A model generated the notes under the pieces. The model saw only the letters and a program-made list of their open reading frames with translations. It made no database searches and was not told the DNA's origin. A stretch of 64,000 nt of DNA from Marinicella sp. (lineage in GTDB: Bacteria; Pseudomonadota; Gammaproteobacteria; Xanthomonadales; Marinicellaceae), in contig OZ246001.1 in assembly GCA_965230295.1 (NCBI GenBank), positions 512,001 through 576,000 on the forward strand, in the 5' to 3' direction. A program made the position numbers and the translations under genes. Positions 48,466 through 58,622 of this stretch are shown one piece after another (position 1 is the stretch's first letter; each line of letters starts with the position of its first letter).

Positions 48466-49241
48466 CCTAACCCGGGACCCAATTCCCAGGCATCGGCATC
48501 AATGGTCTCACGATAAGCATGCCATGTTGCATGACCTACGATGGGTAACAGCACCACAAAACCAATATAGAAAGTTAAGATGCCCACAACTATCAAAAAA
48601 ATGATAGATAAGCCCCAGACCAACATCGCCAATTTATTTTTTAAAACCGCATTGATCGATGTGATCACGGCTGTCACAGTGTCCACTTTTCGATCCATTA
48701 ACATCGGGATTGAAAACGCACCCGCAGCAAAAATGATGCCAGCAAATACGGCACCTACCATGGTTCCTACCCCAATGAACATATACCAATCTTCAGGTTT
48801 CATGATCGTGTAAGATGGAAAAAAGATGTGTAACATGCTGGCCGCTCTGGCCCAAATCAAAAACACGATCAAGAACATGAAAGACAACACCATCTCATTG
48901 CCTAAGTTTTTCTTACCTTCTTTCAAACAACGCAGAAATTGAGGCTCAACTTGATTGCTGATTTGTCGGCTGAGTGAATACAAACCAATGGCTATGATCG
49001 GGCCTAAAAAGAAAAACCCTGCTGTCAAAGCTATCGCCAAAACTACAGAATGAGCCCAATAGGCCACCACAGTGATCAGCACACTGATTAACATCATCAC
49101 CATGCCATAAATCAAACTGATCTTGCTCACTTGTTTAAAATCTTTCCACCCCAACTTCAACCAATGCCATGCCGCCAATGGTTTTAACTGGCGGCATGGT
49201 GCCACCAAAGGTTTCATTTCATTATTTGGTTGTTCTGACAT
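48432..49241 (-). CDS. DUF2189 family membrane protein
   Basis: WLKLGWKDF, GPIIAIGLYSLSR, LPIVGHATWHAYR. Confidence 0.88.
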   Translation of the reverse strand: MSEQPNNEMKPLVAPCRQLKPLAAWHWLKLGWKDFKQVSKISLIYGMVMMLISVLITVVAYWAHSVVLAIALTAGFFFLGPIIAIGLYSLSRQISNQVEPQFLRCLKEGKKNLGNEMVLSFMFLIVFLIWARAASMLHIFFPSYTIMKPEDWYMFIGVGTMVGAVFAGIIFAAGAFSIPMLMDRKVDTVTAVITSINAVLKNKLAMLVWGLSIIFLIVVGILTFYIGFVVLLPIVGHATWHAYRETIDADAWELGPGLGQTDSEVIDDK

Positions 49242-49357
49242 CTATTGCCACCCGAATTTACTTTTACAAAGCATATCAAAATCTATGGTTCATGGTTTTG
49301 ACAATAATCAAGGCTGTTCATGTCATGGAAAAAACTTGAGTCAATACAATGAATTAC

Positions 49358-49657
49358 TCACGGTAATACTTTTAGATAGGGTTTGACCAGCACGTGTGCA
49401 TACACCCCTGCTGCAACGTAAGGATCGGCATCAGCCCAATCTTGCGCCGCTTGTAAAGACTCAAATTCAGCCACCACCAAAGATCCGGTAAATGCCAATT
49501 CTGCAGGTTGTGCTTCGTCAGTAGCCGGGTGTGGCCCGGCGATCATCAAGCGACCGGCTTCATTCAGTTCATGTAAGCGAGCTAAATGTTGTTCACGAGC
49601 CGTTTTACGTAAGGGCAAGGAGTCAGGAACATCTTGAGAAATGATGGCGAAATACAT
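49358..49657 (-). CDS. yciI: YciI family protein
   Basis: [36 protein letters not shown]. Confidence 0.92.
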   Translation of the reverse strand: MYFAIISQDVPDSLPLRKTAREQHLARLHELNEAGRLMIAGPHPATDEAQPAELAFTGSLVVAEFESLQAAQDWADADPYVAAGVYAHVLVKPYLKVLP

Positions 49658-49717
49658 GTAAATTCCAAACGATTAAAGAGCTCGATTATAATGTGCTTTT
49701 CATTCAAATTAAACCGC

Positions 49718-49912
49718 ATGTCAGGAAACATCAGAAGTCACCTATCCATCGGTCAAGAAGTCTCAGTGGTGCAAAAACACCACCAAAGATCAGGCGAGTT
49801 GACCCAAGGTTGTATAGCTCGCATCTTGACCAAATCTCCGAATCACCCACATGGCATCAAAGTCAAGTTAGATTCAGGCATTGTGGGTCGAGTTAAAGTG
49901 ATTCATGACTGA
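49718..49912 (+). CDS. YwbE/DUF2196 family small protein
   Basis: MSGNIRS...QRSGELTQG...ILTKSPNHPHGIKVKLDSGIVGRV. Confidence 0.85.
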   Translation: MSGNIRSHLSIGQEVSVVQKHHQRSGELTQGCIARILTKSPNHPHGIKVKLDSGIVGRVKVIHD

Positions 49913-50570
49913 ACATATTTTGTACTCCTTCAGGCGCTGTCCTTACGCCATCAGAGCGCGCATGGCCTTGGCATATGCTGGCATCAATTGTGAACTGCGT
50001 GAATTGGTTTTACGCGACAAACCTGCCGATATGTTAAGCCACTCGCCCAAGGGTACTGTACCTGTTTTGATCACCCAATGTGGCCAAGTGCTTGATGAAA
50101 GCCTGGATGTGATGCTGTGGGCCCTACAAAATCATGATCCTGATTCCTGGTCAGAAAACCAATCAGACAGCATGCGGTTGATTGACCAGAATGACCATGA
50201 ATTCAAACCCTTGTTGGATCGCTATAAATATGCGGACAGGCATCCAGAACTGACACCTGAACAACATCGGGATTTGACTTGGCCTTTCATTAAAAGCCTC
50301 GATGATCTACTGTTGAATCAACCTTTCTTGTTAACCGACGAAATAAGACTGGCAGACGTGGCCTTGTTCCCATTCATTCGCCAATATGCTTTTGTAGACA
50401 TCCAATGGTTCGAAGGCCAACCTCTACCCCACCTACAAAACTGGCTGAACAACTTCCTCAAAGCTGACTTGTTTAAACGCATCATGCCTAAATACAATCT
50501 GTATAACGAAGGTTTTCGATACCGATTCCCAGCGATCAGTGACATTGACTTCAATCAAATGATGGCCTGA
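49905..50570 (+). CDS. Glutathione S-transferase family protein
   Basis: LYSFRRCPYAIRAR, SPKGTVPVL, DESLDVM, LADVALFPFIRQ. Confidence 0.92.
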   Translation: MTEHILYSFRRCPYAIRARMALAYAGINCELRELVLRDKPADMLSHSPKGTVPVLITQCGQVLDESLDVMLWALQNHDPDSWSENQSDSMRLIDQNDHEFKPLLDRYKYADRHPELTPEQHRDLTWPFIKSLDDLLLNQPFLLTDEIRLADVALFPFIRQYAFVDIQWFEGQPLPHLQNWLNNFLKADLFKRIMPKYNLYNEGFRYRFPAISDIDFNQMMA

Positions 50571-50683
50571 TTGATTCATTTTATGGCCTAAAATACTTGG
50601 CAAAAGGCGTGGCATGGTTAAAATGCGTGCTGAAATATCTTTAAATAGCGCCTGATTTACGCTCAGGTCAGCAGGAGAACAAC

Positions 50684-51688
50684 ATGTCAAACAATTCCGG
50701 GCAAGCGCCCATTGTGGTCTGCGCACTGTATCATTTTGTGCGTTTGGAAAACCATTCCGACTTACAACAACCCCTACTCACTGTGTTAAAAGACCATGGC
50801 GTCAAAGGCACACTGTTACTGGCCAATGAAGGCATCAATGGCACCATTGCCGGCAGCCGTGAAGGCATCGATGCAGTGATGAACTGGCTGCGTCAAGATG
50901 AACGATTGGCCGAAGTAGACAGCAAAGAATCTTATACAAAAAAAATGCCTTTTTACCGCTCAAAAGTCAAACTGAAAAAAGAAATCGTCACCATGGGTGT
51001 TGAAGGCATCGACCCCAAGAAAGTGGTTGGCACCTACGTGCAAGCCAAAGATTGGAATGCGCTGATTTCAGACCCGGATGTGGTGTTGGTCGATACACGA
51101 AACGACTATGAGTACAACATAGGCACTTTCAAAAACGCCATCAACCCCAACACCGAAACCTTCAGAGAATTCCCTGAATATGTAAAGCAAAATCTGGACC
51201 CTGATAAACACAAGAAGGTGGCGATGTTTTGCACAGGCGGTATCCGTTGTGAAAAATCAACAGCTTATTTAAAGGAACAAGGCTTTGATGAAGTCTATCA
51301 CCTCAAAGGTGGCATTTTGAAATATTTGGAAGAAGTGCCTTCTGAAGACACCTTATGGGAAGGTGAGTGCTTTGTGTTTGATAACCGGGTTGCGGTCAAC
51401 CATGACTTAGAAAAGGGTCAATATGACCAGTGTTATGCTTGCCGTTACCCCATCACCGAGGCAGATAAACAATCTCCTCATTATGAAAAAGGCGTCAGTT
51501 GCCACCATTGTTTCGATCAAACCACAGCTGAACAACGGGCCCATTTTGCCGAACGCGAAAAACAAATGCAGTTGGCCAAAGCGCGTGGCGAATCTCACAT
51601 CGGTATGTCAGCTGCTGACGCCATTGAAAAGCGTCGTCAGGAAAAGTTGGCAGCGAAAAATGCCATGCGTGAACAAGCCCAACAATGA
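50684..51688 (+). CDS. trhO: Oxygen-dependent tRNA uridine(34) hydroxylase TrhO (rhodanese domain, YceA)
   Basis: [44 protein letters not shown]. Confidence 0.93.
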   Translation: MSNNSGQAPIVVCALYHFVRLENHSDLQQPLLTVLKDHGVKGTLLLANEGINGTIAGSREGIDAVMNWLRQDERLAEVDSKESYTKKMPFYRSKVKLKKEIVTMGVEGIDPKKVVGTYVQAKDWNALISDPDVVLVDTRNDYEYNIGTFKNAINPNTETFREFPEYVKQNLDPDKHKKVAMFCTGGIRCEKSTAYLKEQGFDEVYHLKGGILKYLEEVPSEDTLWEGECFVFDNRVAVNHDLEKGQYDQCYACRYPITEADKQSPHYEKGVSCHHCFDQTTAEQRAHFAEREKQMQLAKARGESHIGMSAADAIEKRRQEKLAAKNAMREQAQQ

Positions 51689-52326
51689 TTGGGTTGTTGC
51701 CAATTATTTGCCTGTTCGGGTGCGCGCTCAGTATCAGCTTTGAGGCCAAAAATCTTGGCCAACTGACCATCAAAGCCAAGCTGCTGGCCAGCTTGGCTTT
51801 TGTCGGCTTTGCCTGGACACTGGGTGCTTGGCAAAGCAGTTATGGGCAATTGATATTTGTTGGTTTGTTGCTCAGTTTGGTGGGTGATGTTTTGCTGGCA
51901 TTGAAAGGCAAGAAAACCTATTTTTTACTGGGCATTGCAGCTTTCCTGTTAGCCCACGTTATCTATTCACTGGCTTTTTTTACAACCGGGTTTGATACTG
52001 CAAAACTCCCACTCATACTGCCTGTCATAGGGATTTTTATATTGGCCACTGGGCTTTGGTTACGACAACATTTAACAGGCACTTTTGTGTTTGCTGTCCC
52101 TGCTTATTTGATCGCCATTGGTGTGATGTTGGTGTTTGCATGGGGTAACCAAGCCAGTGCAGCCTGGATTTGGGTGGTCGGTGGTGCCAGTCTATTTGCC
52201 ATTTCAGACTTATTGGTGGCACGCAATCGATTCATCAAGCCTGACATCAATAACCGCATCGTGGGGCTACCCATGTATTACATCGCTCAACTGATGTTGG
52301 CATACAGCATATCACTGATTAATTAA
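51685..52326 (+). CDS. Lysoplasmalogenase / YhhN family membrane protein
   Basis: [25 protein letters not shown]. Confidence 0.88.
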   Translation: MIGLLPIICLFGCALSISFEAKNLGQLTIKAKLLASLAFVGFAWTLGAWQSSYGQLIFVGLLLSLVGDVLLALKGKKTYFLLGIAAFLLAHVIYSLAFFTTGFDTAKLPLILPVIGIFILATGLWLRQHLTGTFVFAVPAYLIAIGVMLVFAWGNQASAAWIWVVGGASLFAISDLLVARNRFIKPDINNRIVGLPMYYIAQLMLAYSISLIN

Positions 52327-52959
52327 ATAGAGTGAACTTACACTTATTCACACTTGCCTATCAATCATCTAGATAATCAAAAACGCCTGTATTAACACAA
52401 TTTTCAGGTATGTTTTGGGAGTTACAATAATCAGAGCTAAGCCTGTTCTCCACTTCAGATTTGCCAGTAATAGATACACTAAGACAAGCATTCGCAACCG
52501 CATCATCGGCTTAGCATTTATTATGCGGAACAACTGTTCCTGACATAGAGTGTCAGTTTGGTGACATAAATTCAATAAACCCTCTATGGCGTGTTTGGTA
52601 ATTGAAGCGTTCGCGTTCTCAAATCGATTGGCATGAACAACACCAGTAAATTCATACGCAAACATATAACATTTACCCAATCGTTATCACAGTGGGATGA
52701 CTGCGTCTTAAAAAAACGATCGAAACTCGAAGACTTATCATCATTGAGTTCAATTTTCCATTTGGGTGCCTTCCTGCCATTCCCGAAGAGGCCTGGTATC
52801 ATTGTATTTCGCTTTACAAAATCTTTGGTGAGAACAATAATATGAATAAACAAGCAGGATACTTCGGTAACAATAAACAAACGTTAATTGTTTTTTTTAA
52901 ACAGTTTAGCCTTTTTCTTTTAAACCGGTAAACGTTAATGAGAATTCAGAATCTATCTT

Positions 52960-54078
52960 ATGAAGCTTAAACTGTATACAATTTTCATGTCCATGCTGAT
53001 GACACCAATGTGGATGACTCAGGCATCAGAACAATCAAAAACCACAGGAATAGGGTTTACCAGCAGCATTGAAAAAGACCTGTCCAGACCATCAACACAG
53101 AATGGTCAACCGGGCAGGCTGATTCAAATCAACATGTGGTACCCCGCAGAATCAAACCAAAGCTCACCCCAGATGTCTTTTGCCGACTATTTGGTCGTAA
53201 AAAGTAATGAAATGGGAGAAACCAATCCGAAACTAGATCATGAAAAAACCCTGGAAAACTATTTGCGTTGGCCCATTTCACAAGGTGCTGACAAAGCCTT
53301 GCTTGGATCTTTGTCATTTTCAGATTTATCGATGAAAGCAGCCAAAGACCTCACCATTTTGCCAGGCAAACATCCAGTCATATTATTGGTACATGGCTCC
53401 GCAGTTGATTTTGCATTCTTGGCTGAGTCGTTGGTTGAACAAGGCTATGTTGTGGTGAATGTACCAATCAAAGGTTATTTGCAACAAGAACTGGATGTTA
53501 ATGGCATCGGTATGGAAACGGAAACCCGAGACTTTGAATTCGCATTATCAATTCTGTCAACCAACCCTCATCTTAAACTGTCAGATGTCACAGCCATTGG
53601 CTTCAGCTTTGGAGGCCAGTCAGCCCTGAGTATGGCATGTAGGAACCCGATGATAACAGCAGTGGTCAGTTATGATGGAGGCATTGGTGACAGGTTTGGA
53701 GCCAGATTAATTAATCAAACCCCTTTTTGTTCCATTGAACATGTGTCGGCATCAATCATGCATATTTACGACACCTCATATTCACAGGCCTATTTAGATA
53801 AAATTCGCAGCTTTGTGTATGCTGAGCGGGTTTTTGTCGGACTTGAAAATATAGCACATTGGCACTTCACATCGTTCGGTCATTTGGATTCCCATTTCCC
53901 GGGGTTTTTTGGCGAGCATAAGTTCTCGAAAAAAGGTTTTGAGACCATATTGAATATCACTGATGACTTCCTGAATTTAAAAGCAGTTGATTCAAAAACG
54001 CCTTATAAATTACCACCAAATGGGTATGATTTGGTGAAGCATTTCGAGCGACTGGAACCCATAAAACCTCAGCAATAG
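52960..54078 (+). CDS. Exported alpha/beta hydrolase (dienelactone hydrolase/chlorophyllase-like)
   Basis: Signal peptide; MWYPA, PVILLVHG, GFSFGG nucleophile elbow. Confidence 0.8.
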   Translation: MKLKLYTIFMSMLMTPMWMTQASEQSKTTGIGFTSSIEKDLSRPSTQNGQPGRLIQINMWYPAESNQSSPQMSFADYLVVKSNEMGETNPKLDHEKTLENYLRWPISQGADKALLGSLSFSDLSMKAAKDLTILPGKHPVILLVHGSAVDFAFLAESLVEQGYVVVNVPIKGYLQQELDVNGIGMETETRDFEFALSILSTNPHLKLSDVTAIGFSFGGQSALSMACRNPMITAVVSYDGGIGDRFGARLINQTPFCSIEHVSASIMHIYDTSYSQAYLDKIRSFVYAERVFVGLENIAHWHFTSFGHLDSHFPGFFGEHKFSKKGFETILNITDDFLNLKAVDSKTPYKLPPNGYDLVKHFERLEPIKPQQ

Positions 54079-54247
54079 AATGCCATCGACCAAGCTAAAA
54101 CAACAGCCATCTTTGATTGATATCGATGAATAAACAAGAGGTTAAAGTGCTGGTTTCTTACATGACTCTTCTGACAAGATCCATTCAGACATTGCAGGAT
54201 GTGGGATAACAAGCAATACATTGCTGGTTCAAGTTATTTTTGCAAGG

Positions 54248-55360
54248 TTAAGCCTTGGTTTTTTGTTGCCACATTTTGATGATCTCTGCTTCTTTACTGT
54301 CGCTGATACCAAAAATAGACTCTGATTCGGGGATGAATCTTTTTGCTTTGAAGGAATCGTAACTCCTCAATACTGTTTTGGCATACCGGGTAAACTTCAG
54401 GCCCGCAGCCAATGCTTTGCTGTTATTTATTTGGTAAAAACCAGGTTCAGGATCAGATTTGATAGGAATCCAATACGGTATTTGAATGAATGGTTCTAAT
54501 TTGGCATCCTCAAGAATGAACTCAGGCGGCACCCACACAATGTCAACTTGACTGTTGAGGGCTTGTTTTGCACCCGTGATCATTTCTTTATATGTCATCT
54601 TTACAGCAGGCCCAACCAGATTATAGTATCCGGTCTTTTTCTGTTCTGCACATTTACAGGCAAATTCACCAATATCCTGCGCATCTATCAGTTGGACTGG
54701 ATCATCAGCATCAACCGCCAGTATCTGCTCACGGTTCATGATGCGACTCAAAAGATCTGTACCAAACGGGCCAGGATCCCTGTCACCAACTATGCCACCC
54801 GGCCTATAAATCGTGAAGTTTTTCGGAAAATGCTCAGTCACCACTTTCTCACACAACACTTTATTCAAATTGTAATTATTCGGCTGGTATTCTGTTCCCG
54901 ACCTCAATGGTGCTGATTCATCCATATTCGGGCTGACAAAATTCTTATAAACAGCCACACTAGAAACAAACATGTAATGTTTGGTTTTATGTTTTAAAAC
55001 TTGAATGGCTTCTTCAACATGATTTGGATTTTGTGTCCATACATCAACAACCACATCCCAATGCTCATTTTGAGCATTTACAGCCGCATAGCCTGGCAGT
55101 CCTTGGTCACGATCTCCTCGAATTTTATTCAATCCGGGAAACAACTGTGGATTGGTGATACCACGATTGAATAATGTCACCGCATGTCCCTGGCTTCGAA
55201 ATGCCTTAACGATTGCCGGGCCTAAAAAATTAGTCCCTCCCAGAACCAAAACATTCAGTTTGGTTTTGGGTGTCAAAGTAGAAGCCATCATGGGTAAAGT
55301 AGCCAATCCTAAGCCACTGATGCCTATCAATTGCATCAATTGTCTTCTGTTATAACCCAA
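54248..55360 (-). CDS. NAD-dependent epimerase/dehydratase with twin-arginine signal
   Basis: NRRQLM Tat motif; LVLGGTNFLG, FNRG, YMFVSSVAVY, YNLNK. Confidence 0.85.
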   Translation of the reverse strand: MGYNRRQLMQLIGISGLGLATLPMMASTLTPKTKLNVLVLGGTNFLGPAIVKAFRSQGHAVTLFNRGITNPQLFPGLNKIRGDRDQGLPGYAAVNAQNEHWDVVVDVWTQNPNHVEEAIQVLKHKTKHYMFVSSVAVYKNFVSPNMDESAPLRSGTEYQPNNYNLNKVLCEKVVTEHFPKNFTIYRPGGIVGDRDPGPFGTDLLSRIMNREQILAVDADDPVQLIDAQDIGEFACKCAEQKKTGYYNLVGPAVKMTYKEMITGAKQALNSQVDIVWVPPEFILEDAKLEPFIQIPYWIPIKSDPEPGFYQINNSKALAAGLKFTRYAKTVLRSYDSFKAKRFIPESESIFGISDSKEAEIIKMWQQKTKA

Positions 55361-55515
55361 GATCCTACCCTCCTGACCAATCGTATTTTTTGCGCTTCAT
55401 TGATAAAAAAAACCTTATAGAAATCACAATGAAAATACAATGAATGAATGCCAGGTTTGAGATGAACAGAAGTGTTTTTGCGACCAATGGTGTGTCTGTT
55501 GATTGAGTTGCTTAC

Positions 55516-56751
55516 TCAGTCGAACCCATCAGCAAATATCACATCGTTGTATTCAAACGCACCGACATCACAATCCGCCGTGCCATCTCCATCGCCATCA
55601 ATGGGTCTGGCCTTTCCGGTTTGATCCTGGTTTGATCCACATTCCATACTGGGAATCGCATCCACCGCTTCGGTGCCAGGTAACAAAGCATGTGTTTCGG
55701 TTAATCCCCCATTGTCTGCCAGGTTGGCTGCTATGATGGTACCCACCACTGCACCTGATGGAACAATGTCTGATGCACCTGCAGTGATGCCAACCAGGCC
55801 CGAGTCTCCATTTTGCCCCAGAATGTTGTAATTATTTAATTCGAGACCGCCTGTTGATACATGAATTTCGTTACCCAAGCCATTGGCTGAATTGCCTGAT
55901 ACCAGGGATTGATTGACCAAAAACCTATCAGCGTCACCTATAGACAAACCACCGCCATTTTCATTGGTTGTGTTGTTAACGATCGTTGAGTTATTCACCG
56001 AAATGAAACTGTAGTTGTTGTAATCAGAATGGGAAATACCACCGCCTTGGTTTGCAGATGTGTTACCAGAAATGGTTGAATTATTAACAAACAAAGCCAT
56101 ACTGGCTGTGTAATCAGAAGTCCAGATAGCCCCACCAGAAACACTGGCCTGATTGTTATTCCCAACAATGGTAGAATTCATGATACCCGCTGTTGTACCG
56201 ACCACTGATAAAGCTGCGCCAAAGTAACTGCCATTGGAGTTACCGGTGTTTTCAATGGTCACTTCATTTAGAATGCCACCCCAACCCTGTAATGAAATGC
56301 CTCCTCCAATGGTGTCCTTGACGGTGGATCGATTCAATGTCAAATTACCGGTACCACTGACTGAAACACCACCGACTGAAGCATCATAACCATTTTGTAA
56401 GGTCACATCATTGATGGTAACAAAGCCACTGGTGATTGAGGCCAGTTGAAAGCTTCCAGGCTGTGGTCCACTGACGGTTGATCCATTGCCATTGATGGTC
56501 ACTTCAGATGTGATCATTAAGGTTCCCGACAACTCAAGACTGGAGTTCGAAGGCAGCTCAATGACATCAGCACCATTACCTGCATCACAGCCGTTGGTCA
56601 TGGTGTCGGTATTGGCTGCAATGACTGCGTCGTTTAACACACAGCTGGAGTTATCCACCACTATGGTGTCAGCTTGTGCCACAACGGCCAGTTCTAACAT
56701 CATTGCTGAAATCAAAGCAGTCTTTTTCATGTGAGATTTTTTTCTGATCAT
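55516..56751 (-). CDS. Exported beta-helix protein with choice-of-anchor Q domain (paralog 1)
   Basis: CVLNDAVIAAN (CSLREA-like), STISGN repeats, LADNGGLTETHALLPG, DQTG..RP, CDVGAFE, tail DVIFADGFD. Confidence 0.85.
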   Translation of the reverse strand: MIRKKSHMKKTALISAMMLELAVVAQADTIVVDNSSCVLNDAVIAANTDTMTNGCDAGNGADVIELPSNSSLELSGTLMITSEVTINGNGSTVSGPQPGSFQLASITSGFVTINDVTLQNGYDASVGGVSVSGTGNLTLNRSTVKDTIGGGISLQGWGGILNEVTIENTGNSNGSYFGAALSVVGTTAGIMNSTIVGNNNQASVSGGAIWTSDYTASMALFVNNSTISGNTSANQGGGISHSDYNNYSFISVNNSTIVNNTTNENGGGLSIGDADRFLVNQSLVSGNSANGLGNEIHVSTGGLELNNYNILGQNGDSGLVGITAGASDIVPSGAVVGTIIAANLADNGGLTETHALLPGTEAVDAIPSMECGSNQDQTGKARPIDGDGDGTADCDVGAFEYNDVIFADGFD

Positions 56752-56845
56752 TGTATACCTATTTTATAAGAAGTCGTGGTGGTTCTTGGTCATGAAAATG
56801 GAGCGTTCATATCAAATCATTTTCATGCCAACAATCGAATTAATT

Positions 56846-57169
56846 TCAAATGCCTTTGATCAGCTCCAAAACCCGGTTTTGGTTAAAGCCTTTAACCACT
56901 TCGCCCTTGATCAAAAACACGGGGACACCCTGTCCACCCAAAGATTTCATTTCAGCATTGGCTTCAGCAGATTGTTCTATGTCCAGCTCTTTGTATTGGA
57001 CCCCTTGCATGTTCAGTAACACCCTCGCTTTGCGGCAGTAACCACACCATGATGTTGAATACATGATCACATCTGAACCATGCTTTTGATTCAATGTGGC
57101 AGCCGCATCGGTCACACCCCACTTTTGATAGGCAACAAATAAAACAACAAATACTATCAGGTATCTCAT
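56846..57169 (-). CDS. Glutaredoxin family protein (NrdH-like) with N-terminal anchor
   Basis: MYSTSWCGYC, GVPVFLI. Confidence 0.88.
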   Translation of the reverse strand: MRYLIVFVVLFVAYQKWGVTDAAATLNQKHGSDVIMYSTSWCGYCRKARVLLNMQGVQYKELDIEQSAEANAEMKSLGGQGVPVFLIKGEVVKGFNQNRVLELIKGI

Positions 57170-57216
57170 GGAATGTCCTTTTCAAATTGATGTGTCATTT
57201 TATACCACAACAGCCA

Positions 57217-57245
57217 CAAAAAAGCCCGAACCTGTCGGGCTTTTC
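57217..57245. terminator. Intrinsic terminator (bidirectional form)
   Basis: AAAAAAGCCCGA-acctg-TCGGGCTTTT. Confidence 0.85.
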
Positions 57246-57264
57246 ATCAAATTAAATTCAATGG

Positions 57265-58533
57265 TCAATTGAATGGATCATTGAAGCCGTTTTTAAAGAT
57301 CACATCCGGGTTTTCATTTTCAAAGGCCCCCACATCACACAGGGCCGTGCCATCGGCATTACCATCTATGGGCCGTGATTTCCCCGCTTGATCATTACTG
57401 AACAAACAATTGAGAATGGCATCAACTGCAGGCCCGGTTTCTATCAACGCATGGGTTGGGGTTGGACCACCGTTGTCTATTAAATTGGTGTCAATAATTT
57501 CATTGAGCCCCACCGTAGGGACGATGTCATAGCTCCCTGGTGTGACCCCAGTCAAACCTGAAGCCGAACTTTCACCAAATATGTTGTAGGCATCAACTGT
57601 AATATAGGCGCCACCGACTGACTCCCATTGGTTCGCGGATGTGGCTGTGTTGCCTGAAAGCAATGATTGGGAAACTGCCACATCACCACCGTTGCTGTGA
57701 ATACCACCACCATTACCTGCTGTTGAATTCAATGTGACCGTGACACTGTTGAGGTTCAACTCGATGCCATTACCAAAGCCATAAGTGGCAATCCCACCGC
57801 CATTTATGGTAGAGGTGTTGCCTGAAATGGTTGAGTTAGATACGCCAACAGTAACGGCACCGGAATAATCGGTGACGTATAAACCACCGCCGCCGGCATT
57901 GGTTGAATCTGCAGAATTGCCTGAAATGGTGGTATTTTGAATATCAACTTCTCCACCGTTAATAATGACCCCACCGGTGTAATACTGCGAACCAGAAATT
58001 CCAGTATTGTATTCAATCACAGAGTTTGTTATTGAAGATGATACCCCCCTGATGAATCTGACGGCCCCACCAGTGTTTCCACTTACTGTGCTGTTGCTTA
58101 ATATCAACTGTGCATCAAATGCACTGATGCCACCAGCCAAATTTTCAGCTGCATCTGCCTGTCCACCAGTTACGGTTGCATCATTCAATGTCAACGAACC
58201 GCCAGCTGCTGCACTTAAAACGACGAATAAGCCAGCACCGGGATCTCTTGCGATCGTCGTACCATTGGCATTAATGGTGACATTGGTGGTGATGGCAGGT
58301 GGTTCAGCTGTTAATGTGAATGTATCATTCACAGGCAAATCCAGTATATCGTCACCAGCACCTGCCGTGCAACCTCCTGCCACTGCATCAGTATTGGCAG
58401 CTGTTATGGCATCTGCCAATGTGCAGGTGGTGCCATCCACCGCAATATTGGCGGCCTGAGCACCAGTCCCTATTTCAATCAACAGAGCAGAAACCAAAGC
58501 CGTTTTCTTAATATGAGATAAATTTTTTTTCAA
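57265..58533 (-). CDS. Exported beta-helix protein with choice-of-anchor Q domain (paralog 2)
   Basis: CTLADAITAAN, STISGN repeats, LIDNGGPTPTHAL, DQAG..RP, CDVGAFE, tail DVIFKNGFN; TTG start. Confidence 0.85.
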   Translation of the reverse strand: MKKNLSHIKKTALVSALLIEIGTGAQAANIAVDGTTCTLADAITAANTDAVAGGCTAGAGDDILDLPVNDTFTLTAEPPAITTNVTINANGTTIARDPGAGLFVVLSAAAGGSLTLNDATVTGGQADAAENLAGGISAFDAQLILSNSTVSGNTGGAVRFIRGVSSSITNSVIEYNTGISGSQYYTGGVIINGGEVDIQNTTISGNSADSTNAGGGGLYVTDYSGAVTVGVSNSTISGNTSTINGGGIATYGFGNGIELNLNSVTVTLNSTAGNGGGIHSNGGDVAVSQSLLSGNTATSANQWESVGGAYITVDAYNIFGESSASGLTGVTPGSYDIVPTVGLNEIIDTNLIDNGGPTPTHALIETGPAVDAILNCLFSNDQAGKSRPIDGNADGTALCDVGAFENENPDVIFKNGFNDPFN

Positions 58534-58622
58534 TGTATTTCCCCAAATAAACTGTATTTAAAATAACACAATGGCTAAACTTCCTCAAGAAATAAGGCCA
58601 GCAATGAATTGTTGTTCCGGAC

